Notes: generated from the sequence alone by a model not told the origin. Counted from the first letter of the stretch, positions 28,030-38,818 are shown. The stretch: 64,000 nucleotides of DNA from Desulfuromonadales bacterium (GCA_033549025.1 JAWSUS010000007.1:85522-149521); one strand, 5' to 3'. A program made the numbers and translations.

Positions 28030-31000
28030 GACAATACGGCCTCGGGAAACTGCACCACCGTCGGTATGGGACCGGCGAGGGCGGTGTGTTCAATTTTAAT
28101 GGGAAGGACCCGACTGCCGTCGCCGTATAGATCGACCAGGGCCTGGGCTTCATAGGTAGCAAAATCTCTGATCGCTTCGAAATCGTAGGCGAGGGTCAGG
28201 GTATAGGAGCCGTCCTGATTCGATATCAATTCCCCCTCACTTCGTGGAGAAATCACTTTTTTTTCGGCGGGCTTGCCGAAGCGCAGGGGTGGTAGACCGA
28301 AGAGGGTATAGTCGATTCGGGTTTTCCCTTCGAAAATAAGAGGCAGGTGGATTTTGAGAACGATTACATGCTGTCGGAAGCTCTGACACAGAATATGGGG
28401 GGCCAGGCGGGGACTGAAGAGAATATTGAAAAGCGTTGCCTCGGCGATGGCGTCATCCCGCCAACATTCAAATTCCCTGGAGCCTGTATAGCGATTTTCC
28501 TTGTCCCGGCCGAAGGGACCGCGGGCAAGAAAATGCTCCAGAGGGGTTCTGGAGAAAAAGAACATGAGCGCACCACCCACCAGCATGATGGCGAGACCCG
28601 CAGCGGTGCCCGACCGGACGCGACTTGCCTGAAGGCTGCGGCCCAGGGAAACCTTCGTCTTGCCGAACCGGGCGGCTCGAGTCGCTTGCGCCCCCCTGAA
28701 ACCGCTGGCACCGAGGGTGTTCATCTCGACCACCCCTCCCAGTGTCGTGGCGGCAGCCAGAATGGTGGTCCCGAGGGCGGAAACACCAGCGGCGACTGCA
28801 CCACTGATATGTCCCTTCTTGGACTCGGCCCAGGCATCGTTCCAGGCCTGGGCTACGACGATCACATTGCCGATGAAACCGAAGCCGTGGGCGCCCCCTG
28901 CGACGGAGATTCTCTTCCTTTTTAGAGAATGCTGCTGCCACCGCGGCAACTCTTTGTTATCCCACCCGGCGCCGATCTGCTTGATATCCTTCAGGTAGGT
29001 GAAGCCGAGGCTGATCAAAGTAGTAAGTGCCGCAGCAAACTTTGCATCGGCTTTTCCGAACTTGCTTTTTTTTACTCCCGCAACCGCCTTCCCCAGATTC
29101 ATCACCTCCAGCACGGCGAAGAAGCGCACGGCATTGAGTTTTATCAGCGGCTGGTTCTTTTGCAGCCACTCCACCGAGCGGCCCATGGTCAGATCCATCT
29201 GGCGGGACATGCCCTTCTTGATCACCACCCACTGGGCCGCGTCAAAGCGCCCCCGCAGCACGGTGGTAAAACTGTTGCTCAGATAACCTCCCTTTGCGGT
29301 AGTCGCAGCGCTTCCCGCCAGTACCGGCGCCAAGTTGAAGTTGCCGTGCTCGAGGATGTATTCGCCATCGGAGATCTGTTCGACGATTTTGGCGAAGAGC
29401 TCGAACACCTTCTTTTCCAACTCAGGATCTATTTGGGCCGCAGCCGCCATGTTTTCAAAGAACTCGGCCGCCTTATCGACATTCTTGCCGAGGGCTTCGA
29501 TTTTCCTGGAGCAGGGGCTGAGGGCACTGACCAGAAAATGATCTGGCTGCTTGAGGCTTGTACTGAGATATTGCCTTCCCTCGCCATAGATGAGGTGTCC
29601 GACCAGTTCACTGGAGAGGAGGTGGCCCTGAAACAAACGTTCGACATGGGGGTGTTCATCGTAGTCCTTCATGACGGTATGAATGTCGGGACATCCTTCA
29701 ACCGGTGCACTGGTAATGAATTGACCCAAAACCACGGCCGCATCTTCCAGCGCATGAAGGTGGGCAATCTGCCGGTCCCACTGGACGATCGCCCTCAGTT
29801 CGTCCATGTCGACGAGAGCGGCTGCCTTTGGGGAGTCCAGGCCCATCTGAAAGACAATCTCCGCCATGGCGTTCTTGGTTCCGGCTTCTTCGGCGGCTTG
29901 GTTTCTTCCTTCCAAGTAGTTCTGCTTGCAGATGAAGACCTCCGTCGCCAAATCCTTGGCAATGCCGATGGGATCATGCAGATAAACAACCGGAACCTTG
30001 CTCTGCCGGAACGCCGCCAGATCATAGCGCAGCGGTATCTCGAACTGGTTCGCCGGGCCGATCACTCCTTCATCCTGGTCGAAATCGGGATAGCTAAAAA
30101 GATCGATCTTCTGCAAACGCCTGCTGCGCAGCTTGGTGGCCTCTTCCGAATCCACCCCCGGGGGAATCGCTCCACCTTGCTCCTGCCGGGGATCATCCTC
30201 AGCCATTCCGCCCATGGCGTCGATGCGGGCCCAGCTCCATTGCACCTCGGAGTAGGCCATCTCCAGCGCGACCGCTTTTCCCTGAATGGTGTAGGGTACC
30301 ACCACGCGGCTGTCGCTGGTTTGCACGGTGGCGGGCCGCACATCCTGCCCCTTTTCGTAGGTCAGATTGACGTCGCGGAAAAAGCCTTCCCGTTCGACTT
30401 TGAGCTCACGCCAGAGTTGGCCATTGACAAAGACATAGAGCCAGCCCAGATCCTGGCTGCAGCGTGGGTATTGGGCTTTGGTACGGTCGGCGTCGGCCGT
30501 TGTGTAACAGCGGGGCAACAGGGGAACCAGGGCCGTTTGCCACCTTGGTGAGGACTCCTCGCTGGAACAGGTGGAGAAGCCCTGCACCAGGGGGATCTGG
30601 TAGGCACCGTGCTTTTCATCCGGCTGGTAAAGAAAAAGGTCATACTCACCTTCGGCGAGGTTTTCAAAAATCAGTTCGCGGCGATGGTCGTCGGTGCGGG
30701 CCGTGGAACCCAGGGGAACTTCATGGGTGCTGTCTCCGCTTCTGGCAATCAAGGTGCCCTTCATGTTCAGGCTTTGGGTGCCGGCAATCTCCAAGGCGAG
30801 CTTAAAGGGTGTACCCGGTTTGTCCAGAGCGTCGACCAAGGCGAGGGCCTTGGCGGGTGCGGGCGAGGCCTTCGGTTGCACCAAGGGCATGGGGGCGGTG
30901 TTGCGGTTGTTGGAGACCATAAGATCGCCATTGCGCACGGCCGCTATCCCTTCAATGTACACATTGGGGGAGGCGGTTATAAAATCGGCCTTGCCCATGA

Positions 31001-32030
31001 TGGTGCCGGAGTGAAGTCCCTGGCGATTGCCGGCTTCATCGCCGATGCTTTTGGCGAAGCATGAGTTTTTGGTACAGACGGGATGGCCGTTGATAAAAAC
31101 CGTGGCAGCGGTATTGGCGGCGTCGCTGGATTTGGCGATATTGGTGTAGGGAATATTGACGACAGCGGGACCGATCTGCGTGCGACAGACATCTACCGTG
31201 GTCAGGGTAGCGCAGCTGCCGGCATGCACGGCAGTGCGGCCGTTGATAAGGACGTTGCCGGAGTGTGAAACAGAATTTTTATGCGAGACCTTAGCAGTTT
31301 GTATCTTGGTCTGATTTTCGGACATTGGTGAAGTCTTTAGTCTGGATAAATCCTGATCTATTTTTTGAAGCTGAGCCGATGTTATTTTCTCCAATGTTTT
31401 TTCATTCCCCGCAACTTGCAAAGGTTCAAGGTCCGAAATTGACGGTTCATACTCCTGTGTCCCCTGTACTTTTTGTAAATAACGCCTGTACCGTGGGATG
31501 AGAGGTATAACTGCTCGGTCAGCTATTTGCAAACCACCATATTCTTCTTCCGGCCCATCGTGATGAAATTTATAAACCCATCTGTGAAGTTCAGAATCGG
31601 AAATGCCCCTACTCCGTGCCAGTGTGATGTTTTCTGAAGTGAAATCAACCAGCGCTCTCGCTTGAGCATCCATGTTCCACCGATTGTCATCCGAAAGACC
31701 GTAGGCGGAACCGGTTCGATTGATGAACTGTCCTAAACCACTTGCGCTGGTAGGTCCTGCCGCCGCATCCGGGTTAAACCCAGATTCGTGTCGTGCGATG
31801 GCAAGGGTCATAGCAATTAGGTCATCAGACATCCCTTTTGCGCGGCCAGCCGCTACAATGGCGTCAATAGCTTGTTGTTGTACATCAAGAGAGGCATCCC
31901 CGTGTCGGCGACTGAAACCTGAAGGGCGGCCTGGAGTGGAATCGATAGGAGAATGGTAGTGTGACCATTCAGCTACTTGACTTGAGGTGTAGGCTGCACC
32001 CCGCGACGAAAATATGTCATCAGTGTTCAT
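28026..32030 (-). CDS. T6SS spike effector: lysozyme-like N-domain, DUF4150 PAAR-like, MIX, and VasX-like hydrophobic C-terminus
   Basis: IARHESGFNPDA..SASGLGQF; DVCRT..IPYTNIA..SxGDEAG..S.NVYIEG; GWLYVFVNGQLWRE and YSEVQWSW; YLHDPIG; Gly/Ala-rich hydrophobic helices. Confidence 0.75.
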   Translation of the reverse strand: MNTDDIFSSRGAAYTSSQVAEWSHYHSPIDSTPGRPSGFSRRHGDASLDVQQQAIDAIVAAGRAKGMSDDLIAMTLAIARHESGFNPDAAAGPTSASGLGQFINRTGSAYGLSDDNRWNMDAQARALVDFTSENITLARSRGISDSELHRWVYKFHHDGPEEEYGGLQIADRAVIPLIPRYRRYLQKVQGTQEYEPSISDLEPLQVAGNEKTLEKITSAQLQKIDQDLSRLKTSPMSENQTKIQTAKVSHKNSVSHSGNVLINGRTAVHAGSCATLTTVDVCRTQIGPAVVNIPYTNIAKSSDAANTAATVFINGHPVCTKNSCFAKSIGDEAGNRQGLHSGTIMGKADFITASPNVYIEGIAAVRNGDLMVSNNRNTAPMPLVQPKASPAPAKALALVDALDKPGTPFKLALEIAGTQSLNMKGTLIARSGDSTHEVPLGSTARTDDHRRELIFENLAEGEYDLFLYQPDEKHGAYQIPLVQGFSTCSSEESSPRWQTALVPLLPRCYTTADADRTKAQYPRCSQDLGWLYVFVNGQLWRELKVEREGFFRDVNLTYEKGQDVRPATVQTSDSRVVVPYTIQGKAVALEMAYSEVQWSWARIDAMGGMAEDDPRQEQGGAIPPGVDSEEATKLRSRRLQKIDLFSYPDFDQDEGVIGPANQFEIPLRYDLAAFRQSKVPVVYLHDPIGIAKDLATEVFICKQNYLEGRNQAAEEAGTKNAMAEIVFQMGLDSPKAAALVDMDELRAIVQWDRQIAHLHALEDAAVVLGQFITSAPVEGCPDIHTVMKDYDEHPHVERLFQGHLLSSELVGHLIYGEGRQYLSTSLKQPDHFLVSALSPCSRKIEALGKNVDKAAEFFENMAAAAQIDPELEKKVFELFAKIVEQISDGEYILEHGNFNLAPVLAGSAATTAKGGYLSNSFTTVLRGRFDAAQWVVIKKGMSRQMDLTMGRSVEWLQKNQPLIKLNAVRFFAVLEVMNLGKAVAGVKKSKFGKADAKFAAALTTLISLGFTYLKDIKQIGAGWDNKELPRWQQHSLKRKRISVAGGAHGFGFIGNVIVVAQAWNDAWAESKKGHISGAVAAGVSALGTTILAAATTLGGVVEMNTLGASGFRGAQATRAARFGKTKVSLGRSLQASRVRSGTAAGLAIMLVGGALMFFFSRTPLEHFLARGPFGRDKENRYTGSREFECWRDDAIAEATLFNILFSPRLAPHILCQSFRQHVIVLKIHLPLIFEGKTRIDYTLFGLPPLRFGKPAEKKVISPRSEGELISNQDGSYTLTLAYDFEAIRDFATYEAQALVDLYGDGSRVLPIKIEHTALAGPIPTVVQFPEAVLS

Positions 32031-32098
32031 TGAACGGCTCCAGGTGAGTCAATGGATTCCTGAGGAAAATAAGAAAAGAAAAAGTCTAATAATCTGCG

Positions 32099-32698
32099 CT
32101 ATTCATTGGCGGTAATTTCATCGACTAGGCATTCAATCTTTGACTTCCATGACATGGGTTCATCACGACTTATCGGATATATCTTGGCCGCCAGGAGGCA
32201 ATTTTCCTCATCGGTACGGTACAGTGGAGAAGCGACTGAAGTGAACCCACGCTTGATAAGTTGTGGTTCATCCAGACGGAATAGCAAAATCTCCCAACAA
32301 CAACGTGCGCCACCACTAAAAACCGATAAGGCAAAATACTCAACCCCTTGATGGCTCAGTAAAAACCATGGTTTTTCCTGCTCGGGATCAAGAACATAAT
32401 TGGAGGATTCCCAGAGGAGTAATTCAAGCGCCTTATCGCCACTCCACGTGACGCAAAGCTTGCTATTTTCTTCTGAGGTCTCTGAACTCAAGACAATATG
32501 TCCCCCACTTAAGGGTGTAGGAATGTGAACGGCTTGAAGGCTGTTTACTTCACAAGAAGCGCTCATTTTTTGTGAAAGAGGATTTGTTAGAGAGTTTGCG
32601 GTTGAGGCACACCCAGAGAAAACTAATAAAGCAGAAAGGTACGAGAGAACTCGGGTACAGGCAATGCGGCGATAGGACTGAGCCACGGTATGAATCAT
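32099..32698 (-). CDS. Low-GC lipoprotein, candidate periplasmic immunity protein
   Basis: VFSGC lipobox; FSGGARCC motif; directly upstream of the effector. Confidence 0.55.
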   Translation of the reverse strand: MIHTVAQSYRRIACTRVLSYLSALLVFSGCASTANSLTNPLSQKMSASCEVNSLQAVHIPTPLSGGHIVLSSETSEENSKLCVTWSGDKALELLLWESSNYVLDPEQEKPWFLLSHQGVEYFALSVFSGGARCCWEILLFRLDEPQLIKRGFTSVASPLYRTDEENCLLAAKIYPISRDEPMSWKSKIECLVDEITANE

Positions 32699-32857
32699 GA
32701 TGATCTCCCTTGATGTAATCTGCCAAAATGTGTAAATGGATTTCGATCTCTATAGTAGGGAAGTAATTCAAAAACTTTAAAGTTTTATAACGTTGTGGCC
32801 TGATTGACCATTGAAATTTCAAATTAAATTTTATGGGAAGGGGATTCTTCCCTGTCT

Positions 32858-34006
32858 TCACAGCGGAGTAGTCAATATTTTGGATGATTTTCTGGACGTC
32901 GCCTCTTCGGGATACGGTGGTTTATGTAGCCACAGCGCCCCACGGGGCGGGGTGTCGCCTGCTTCGCAGACCAATAGGCTGGTGATCGCTGTATAGGTGA
33001 AGTCTAGACGGGCACAGCCCAAGGCCACTGACAGCGGCAGGGTCGCTGCACCGATGTCGCCGAGAAAATGGCAGGGGTAAAGTTCTTCTATGGGCTGCTG
33101 GGTGCTTGGCCATAGGTTCTGGCGCACTTGATGCCATTCGAGAGTTTGGCAGGCGCTGGCGTCCAAGGGGAGGATGACGGCGGCCGGTTCGGGTGTGTTT
33201 TGGTCATCCTGTGTGCTTTTTCTGATGGCCTCGGCGAGTCCCGTCATGCTCTTTTCATCTGCCTGACCGGGAAAGGGTTCCACGGTGGCGGCGAGACTGG
33301 TGATGTGGGCAAGGCCTGATGCAGTTGTGGTTTTTTGCAGGAACAGAAAGACGGCGGCTTCGCCGGGAAAGATCCCGCTGCTGCCTGCCGTCAGCAGGGC
33401 ACGACTTTGCATCACCTCCAAACAGGTGGCGGTATCGACGAGGGTGTCGGCGCCACCGAAGAGGACGGCATCCCACATCCCTTTTTTGAGTTGCTCACAG
33501 GCCTCAAGCAGAGCGGACACGGACCCATCCGCCGGGGTCAGGAGGCGGATTTCAACCTGTTCGGCTTCTGGCAAGGTGCTCCGAAGGAAGGCCTGTATTT
33601 GCTGGTGATCGACCTGACTGCCTCTTATGGTGTCGATGGGAGGCAAAAGCAGCAGAACCAGCAGGGAGCGGCCGACAGGCAGGGAAGGCTGTTTTTCCAG
33701 AAGGTTGTATAGGGCCTCTTCCAGAAGGGTGAGAAGACGATCCTGGGGTGACGTCAAGTCGTCAAACTCCGGTAGGGCGCCAGTGTGGATGGGCTGGAGC
33801 TGGTCGGGATTGTTTTCTGCCGGCAGCATCAGGCCGGGATGCGGTCTTGCCGTGGACATATTGGTAGCCACGCCGCCAAAAAGAGCGGCCGTTTCGCTGC
33901 CAAAACGGCAGCAAAGACCGATATCCATTATTTGGACGACGGTCTGGGGTTTGGCCACCTCAGGTCGTGAAGGATAGCTGGCGAGGGACGTTTTGCTTGG
34001 GCACAT
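32858..34006 (-). CDS. Thiolase/ketoacyl-synthase-like T6SS accessory protein (PRK06147-like)
   Basis: GGADTLVD, PGEAAVFL, LGDIGAAT; usual position between DUF2169 and DUF4150. Confidence 0.7.
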   Translation of the reverse strand: MCPSKTSLASYPSRPEVAKPQTVVQIMDIGLCCRFGSETAALFGGVATNMSTARPHPGLMLPAENNPDQLQPIHTGALPEFDDLTSPQDRLLTLLEEALYNLLEKQPSLPVGRSLLVLLLLPPIDTIRGSQVDHQQIQAFLRSTLPEAEQVEIRLLTPADGSVSALLEACEQLKKGMWDAVLFGGADTLVDTATCLEVMQSRALLTAGSSGIFPGEAAVFLFLQKTTTASGLAHITSLAATVEPFPGQADEKSMTGLAEAIRKSTQDDQNTPEPAAVILPLDASACQTLEWHQVRQNLWPSTQQPIEELYPCHFLGDIGAATLPLSVALGCARLDFTYTAITSLLVCEAGDTPPRGALWLHKPPYPEEATSRKSSKILTTPL

Positions 34007-35058
34007 CAGGTTAACGCCTCGGCGACGACTGGATTTTTTTCTGACAAAAGATTGCGCAGAATGAGTAAGCCGAATTCTCTTTCGTGCAGATCGAGGACGA
34101 TCCCGCAACGAAAGATCTGGTGAATTTCCTGACGATCCGTATCGATAACGAGAGTGTCACATACCGGGTCAAGGCGGCTGAGTTGTTCACCTGCGTGGCG
34201 AAAAACGGCGGGTTTCAATTCGGGCAGGCGGATGAGAACCTCGTGAGAAGCTTCCGCGAGCAGCCCGGTAACCCTAAGGACCATCTCCCCTTCAAAAGGG
34301 GCATCGAAGCGTTGATCCTGGGGGGCGACGTTGTGCATTGTTGCCGGGAGCGGCACCGCCCAGGGGCAAAGGCCCTGGGCGACGGATTCGGCATCGATTT
34401 CCCCGACTTCCCGCCAGCGGGGATCCCAGAATGGCGGCAGGGGACCGAACCCCGCGGGCTTCACGCGGCTGGCCGGACTGCTGATAAAGTTGGGTCCAAT
34501 TTCGATAGCGGGCAGGCCAGGGTTCTTGGTTCGCAGGCCGCGAAAGCTGTAGCCGACGCCAGCCGGGTTGGCGAGGCAGACTTGTTCAGGATGGGCAGGG
34601 TCGCTGCCGCCAAAGGCATTTTCGTAAATCAGCGGCACAGGGGCGGTGATGGAGGCAGGTTTCCCCGGCAAAGGAGTCAACATCCTGCGCTGCCAACTGC
34701 GGTTTCCGAAGACACGCAGCTCTTTGTGCCAGTAGCGGTTATTGTCCTGGCACAGGCTCAGAGCTACCTGGATGACCGGGCTGCCGCACGGGTCAGGCTG
34801 CGCGCTGCCGAACAGGTAGAGTTCGGCCCCCTGTTTAAACGGAACCACTTCACTGCTGGCCACTAGGCTTGAGCACGTTGGTTCGCCCCGGTACTGGTCG
34901 GCTTCCACGAGAGGGACTTGAGGCAAATCGGTCAGGTTACCCTGACCGTCAAATTGATAACTGGCCTTAAAGACCAGCGTCCATTGTCGGTAGCCTTGGC
35001 GGCTCCAACCGGGATAAAGACCGGCCGCCCAATCCGTCTGGTTCTCAAGCTGCATCAA
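34006..35058 (-). CDS. DUF2169 T6SS adaptor
   Basis: LENQT, KASY, LRVFGNRSW, PLIYENAFGG, NPAGVG, PAGFGPLPPFWDPR, DTLVIDTD. Confidence 0.88.
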   Translation of the reverse strand: MMQLENQTDWAAGLYPGWSRQGYRQWTLVFKASYQFDGQGNLTDLPQVPLVEADQYRGEPTCSSLVASSEVVPFKQGAELYLFGSAQPDPCGSPVIQVALSLCQDNNRYWHKELRVFGNRSWQRRMLTPLPGKPASITAPVPLIYENAFGGSDPAHPEQVCLANPAGVGYSFRGLRTKNPGLPAIEIGPNFISSPASRVKPAGFGPLPPFWDPRWREVGEIDAESVAQGLCPWAVPLPATMHNVAPQDQRFDAPFEGEMVLRVTGLLAEASHEVLIRLPELKPAVFRHAGEQLSRLDPVCDTLVIDTDRQEIHQIFRCGIVLDLHEREFGLLILRNLLSEKNPVVAEALT

Positions 35059-36272
35059 CGGGCCTCCTGTCGGACTCTTTGCGGCGCTTCTTGGGCCAGA
35101 TGATGCTGACGTTTCACCTGCAGGGCGTTGGCACTGACACCGACCGGGGCCCCCTGCAGGTAGGCAAGCAGGTCAAGCAGGTGATGACTGAAACGCCCGG
35201 CCCAATTTAGACACAGCTGCCTGACCCAGGGAATATCCAACGGTCGGCCCATAAGGAGGCGTTGACCGACGGCAAGCTGATCGCGATGCTTGTTCCACCA
35301 GCCTGTCGGGCCGTTTTGTCGATCCACGCCCGTCTGCTCGGTTACCAGCTGCAGATGGGGAGAGACTTGGAGGTCTGTGCCGCTCACCCAGCGCCAGATC
35401 TGAGCCGAGAGGGCGGGGTCCTTCAGCTGCGGGGTCAGGCTCAGTAGGGCATCGATGGCCTCCCGAGTGCCATGAAGAGCCAGCAGTTCAGCCGCGCGTT
35501 CGGGGTGCTTGGCGCCATAGTGACGAATGACTTCGACGAGCTTCGGCTCGGCTGCCAGCGCGCCCAGGCGCAACAGCTGATAGAAGGCTTCGGCCTCACT
35601 TTCCGTCTCAATGCAGCGCCACAGATGTTTAGTCGCCTTATCCCCATGCAGCGCGGTTCCCCAGAGGGCTGCCGCCAAGATGAGGCCCGAGGTATTGGGG
35701 GGGCGACTGCCGCCCTGCCAACCCTGGAGGTAGGGGGCAAAGAGGTCAAGGCCGCTGCCCGCCTGTCGGCTGGCGTAGTGTAAAGCCGCTACCTGCAGGT
35801 GCGAATCAAGACCGCGCAGTTCGGCCGCCGAGGTCAGCGCCGCAGGAACGGCGTAGGGCTGTTCCTGCCAGAGCTGAAAAAGCAAAGCGCGAAGATGGGG
35901 GGTCTCCCGGTAGAGTTCGAGCAATTGCTGGCCCTCGGCGGGAATGGAAACCAGGGCCAGGGCCTGAAAGGCCCCCTGCTGAACCTCGCCACCTTCGGCC
36001 AGGCAGGTCACAGCCTGTTCATATCCTGCCAGCCGGCGCTGCCTGTCACTGGACAGCAGTTGGCTGGCGAGGCAGACAAAGGTTTCCCCCTCATCGGTCG
36101 GATTTGCCGGCGTCTGGGGGCGGTAAGCCAGGACATGCAGATGGATGAAAAGGCGCTGCTCCAGGCCTGCCAGCATGGAGGCATCGACCAGAGGCTGCAG
36201 TTGCAGGAAGCACCTTTGAACATAGAGGGCTTGGGCCGATTCCTCATGGGAAGCCAAAAAAGGGATGGTCAT
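35055..36272 (-). CDS. TIGR02270-like helical-repeat T6SS accessory protein
   Basis: LEQRLFIHLHVL N-terminus, Leu/Ala-rich helical repeats, RLLMGRP; position in the vgrG-DUF2169 operon. Confidence 0.55.
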   Translation of the reverse strand: MTIPFLASHEESAQALYVQRCFLQLQPLVDASMLAGLEQRLFIHLHVLAYRPQTPANPTDEGETFVCLASQLLSSDRQRRLAGYEQAVTCLAEGGEVQQGAFQALALVSIPAEGQQLLELYRETPHLRALLFQLWQEQPYAVPAALTSAAELRGLDSHLQVAALHYASRQAGSGLDLFAPYLQGWQGGSRPPNTSGLILAAALWGTALHGDKATKHLWRCIETESEAEAFYQLLRLGALAAEPKLVEVIRHYGAKHPERAAELLALHGTREAIDALLSLTPQLKDPALSAQIWRWVSGTDLQVSPHLQLVTEQTGVDRQNGPTGWWNKHRDQLAVGQRLLMGRPLDIPWVRQLCLNWAGRFSHHLLDLLAYLQGAPVGVSANALQVKRQHHLAQEAPQRVRQEAR

Positions 36273-36276
36273 GGGG

Positions 36277-36699
36277 TCAATTGATCTCGATGGTCGTGCC
36301 CTGCAGCCGCATGCGGCCATGGGCGATACTGGTAATCTGCCGTCCGTTCAGGCGGATTGAGCCGTCTTTGTGGATTTCCAGCCAACTGTCTCCCACCTGC
36401 AGGCGGATACCGGTGGCCGCTTCCAGGTTCAATTGACCGTTGTCTGTCTGTAGACGCGGGGCGGGTTCTTCTCCCTTGGCCCTGAGGCGGCCGCAGACAA
36501 TCAGGCCGACCTCTGTCGCCATCGTCATGACGGCATCCCCTTCTTTGAGATATTCGGTCTGATGCAGGTGTCCGGCCACGCGATATTTTTCACCGCCCTG
36601 TTCCACCAGCAACGCTTCTCCCTCACGAACGGTGAGAACTGTGGCGAGATGTAACGGGAGGTGGCTCGTTGGATGGAGGGCTTTCAGGTTGCTGTGCAT
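36277..36699 (-). CDS. DUF6484-like gp5-related small protein
   Basis: LQVGDSWLEIHKDGSIRLNG...RLQGTTIEIN; follows vgrG. Confidence 0.65.
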   Translation of the reverse strand: MHSNLKALHPTSHLPLHLATVLTVREGEALLVEQGGEKYRVAGHLHQTEYLKEGDAVMTMATEVGLIVCGRLRAKGEEPAPRLQTDNGQLNLEAATGIRLQVGDSWLEIHKDGSIRLNGRQITSIAHGRMRLQGTTIEIN

Positions 36700-36742
36700 G
36701 TTTTTCCTTTCCTTATGGCCTCGGCGGGAATCGCTAGGGGGC

Positions 36743-38803
36743 TCAGTTTCCGCTGATCTGGTTGCCTTTAAGATGAATGCTCTGACCGTTGATGGTGACC
36801 TTGCCGGCGCTGATGGTCAGGTCACCTGACGGGGATATCTGAATGGTGCCGTTGCCCTGCCTGATGGTAATGGGGCCGCCACCCTGTCCGAGGAGACTGA
36901 TGCCCTTGGCCGCCTGAATGCTCAGACCGCCCCTTGCAATGGCAAGTTCCATCTTGTCGTTGCGCACCTGCATAGACAGAGCTTGGCCGACATCGAGGAT
37001 CAGGTTCTCGCCAGCGCTCAAGGCGATGTCATGCTTTTCGGCCTCGAATTGAATATTCTGGTCGGCCTTGAATTGGATATCGGTGGCGGCCTGCAGGGAA
37101 ATATCCTTATTGCGGGTCATCAACTGCTGGGAGTTTTCCACCGTGACGATATGGTCACCACCGCTTTCGACGAACTGACTCTCTCCCGACTCCATCAGCA
37201 GAGTCTTGCCGGCGTGGATTTCCATGTCGCCTTCGCGGGTTTCCAGCCGCACCTTGTGGGAGCCGGCCTGGGCATCGAGGGTCAGGATATTTTTCCGTTC
37301 GGCGGTGAACAGGTCGATGCGTTCCTTCTGGCGGCGGTCGTCCATGCAGAGCTCGTTGCCGCTGACGGTACGGATGATGTTCTGGCTGACATTTTCGGCG
37401 GTGACCACATTGGGGGTCTGGGGATTGGACAGGGCACCGAGCATAACGGGGCGGTCGAGGTCGCCGTTGAGGCAGGCGAGTACCACCTCCGTTCCCCCCT
37501 GCAAGGGAAAGTGCATGCCATGCTGCTCACCACCATACGGTTGCATCAGCCGCACGGGATGGCTGGCCTGGGCCAGGGGGGCCTCGCCGCGATCAAAGTC
37601 GGTACGGATACGATAGCGTCCCTGTTCATCGAGACAGGCATATTCCGTTCCGTCGCTTTCAACCCGGGCGGTAAACAGACCGAGCACTTGCCGATGTTCC
37701 GGGACGGGCGACCGAAAAGGAATCTGTGCCTTGATGAGCTGAAGACGGTTGACATAGGTGGGGCCTTTTCCCTCTTCGCCCCGGGCCAGGGCCGCTTCCT
37801 GGTGGCCGCTCTGTTCCATGCTGACCACCAGATAGTCGCCATTGAAACTTTCTTCAGGGTGGTCGCTTATTTTAAGCCGGAAGCCGGGAACGATGCCCCG
37901 ACAGTCCGTCTCCGCCTCAAAGGTCTCCCTGCGGGCATCCAGGGCCTGTCGACGGATTTGCGCCATGTGCTCGCCCTCTTCCGCCGTTTTGAAATGATCG
38001 CCGTGGATCGCCTGTTCCCCAACGGCATTATCCGAGGTTGCATTGAGCCTGACATCCAGAGGGGTATCGGGGGTGCGATAATTGTAGTCCGTCAGACGAA
38101 TGCCTCCCGGCAGCCACTGCGCCTGGGGAGAAAGTGCAAAGACCGTTTCGGCCGTGCGAACCGAACCGGTCTGGGGTCTGTATTTCAGCTGCTCAATGCC
38201 CGGCAGCATCGGCCGACGGGTGCTGTCGTCACAGAAAACGACGCGGCATCCCTGCGCCCGGTTGTCGAAAGTGAAGAAGATCCCGTGGCGAGCCAGTTGG
38301 CGGTGGAGAAAGTCGAAATCGGATTCAGCGTACTGAACCACGAACTCCCGTTGAGGATAGTTTCCTGTTAATTCGAGACGGAATTCGTCTTTGCCATATC
38401 CAGCCCCGATCAGTACCTCTTCGATAAGCTGACCGATGTCGCGGCCCAGAAAGACCCGATTGCTGGTGTTCAGGGTCAGGGGGAAGAGGGGGGAGCTGAG
38501 AACGGCCCGGTAGGAGACGCCGTCTGGGGTGTTGCCGGTGCGCTCAAAGCGGGAGATGACCCCGTGCAGATAGACGGGTTGAGGGCCCCAGCTCAGCTCC
38601 AGGGTGGCGCTGCGGCCGATGATGGTGCGTGGCAGCAGTTCGGCGTCCGAATGCAGACAAATCTCAAAGCGAAAGTCTTCCGACAGACCCTGAGCGGAGC
38701 CGCTAAAACGGGTCAGGGTGAAGGTGTCGTCCGGTACCGTCCGAATGCGCAGGAAAAACTGGCTGCAATTGGCGGCCGGAAAATGAGCGGCGGGAAAATT
38801 CAT
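36743..38803 (-). CDS. vgrG: T6SS spike VgrG
   Basis: REFVVQYAESDFDF, DYNYRTP, LDEQGRYR, GMHFPL, GDLDRP, beta-helix C-terminus. Confidence 0.93.
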   Translation of the reverse strand: MNFPAAHFPAANCSQFFLRIRTVPDDTFTLTRFSGSAQGLSEDFRFEICLHSDAELLPRTIIGRSATLELSWGPQPVYLHGVISRFERTGNTPDGVSYRAVLSSPLFPLTLNTSNRVFLGRDIGQLIEEVLIGAGYGKDEFRLELTGNYPQREFVVQYAESDFDFLHRQLARHGIFFTFDNRAQGCRVVFCDDSTRRPMLPGIEQLKYRPQTGSVRTAETVFALSPQAQWLPGGIRLTDYNYRTPDTPLDVRLNATSDNAVGEQAIHGDHFKTAEEGEHMAQIRRQALDARRETFEAETDCRGIVPGFRLKISDHPEESFNGDYLVVSMEQSGHQEAALARGEEGKGPTYVNRLQLIKAQIPFRSPVPEHRQVLGLFTARVESDGTEYACLDEQGRYRIRTDFDRGEAPLAQASHPVRLMQPYGGEQHGMHFPLQGGTEVVLACLNGDLDRPVMLGALSNPQTPNVVTAENVSQNIIRTVSGNELCMDDRRQKERIDLFTAERKNILTLDAQAGSHKVRLETREGDMEIHAGKTLLMESGESQFVESGGDHIVTVENSQQLMTRNKDISLQAATDIQFKADQNIQFEAEKHDIALSAGENLILDVGQALSMQVRNDKMELAIARGGLSIQAAKGISLLGQGGGPITIRQGNGTIQISPSGDLTISAGKVTINGQSIHLKGNQISGN

Positions 38804-38818
38804 GAACCGTTCTCCTTG

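Noticed and set aside
28929..30551. 540-aa plus-strand ORF, and similar long ORFs at 36983-38371, 51976-53214 and 57939-59108
   Set aside because: Each lies wholly antisense to a well-supported T6SS gene.
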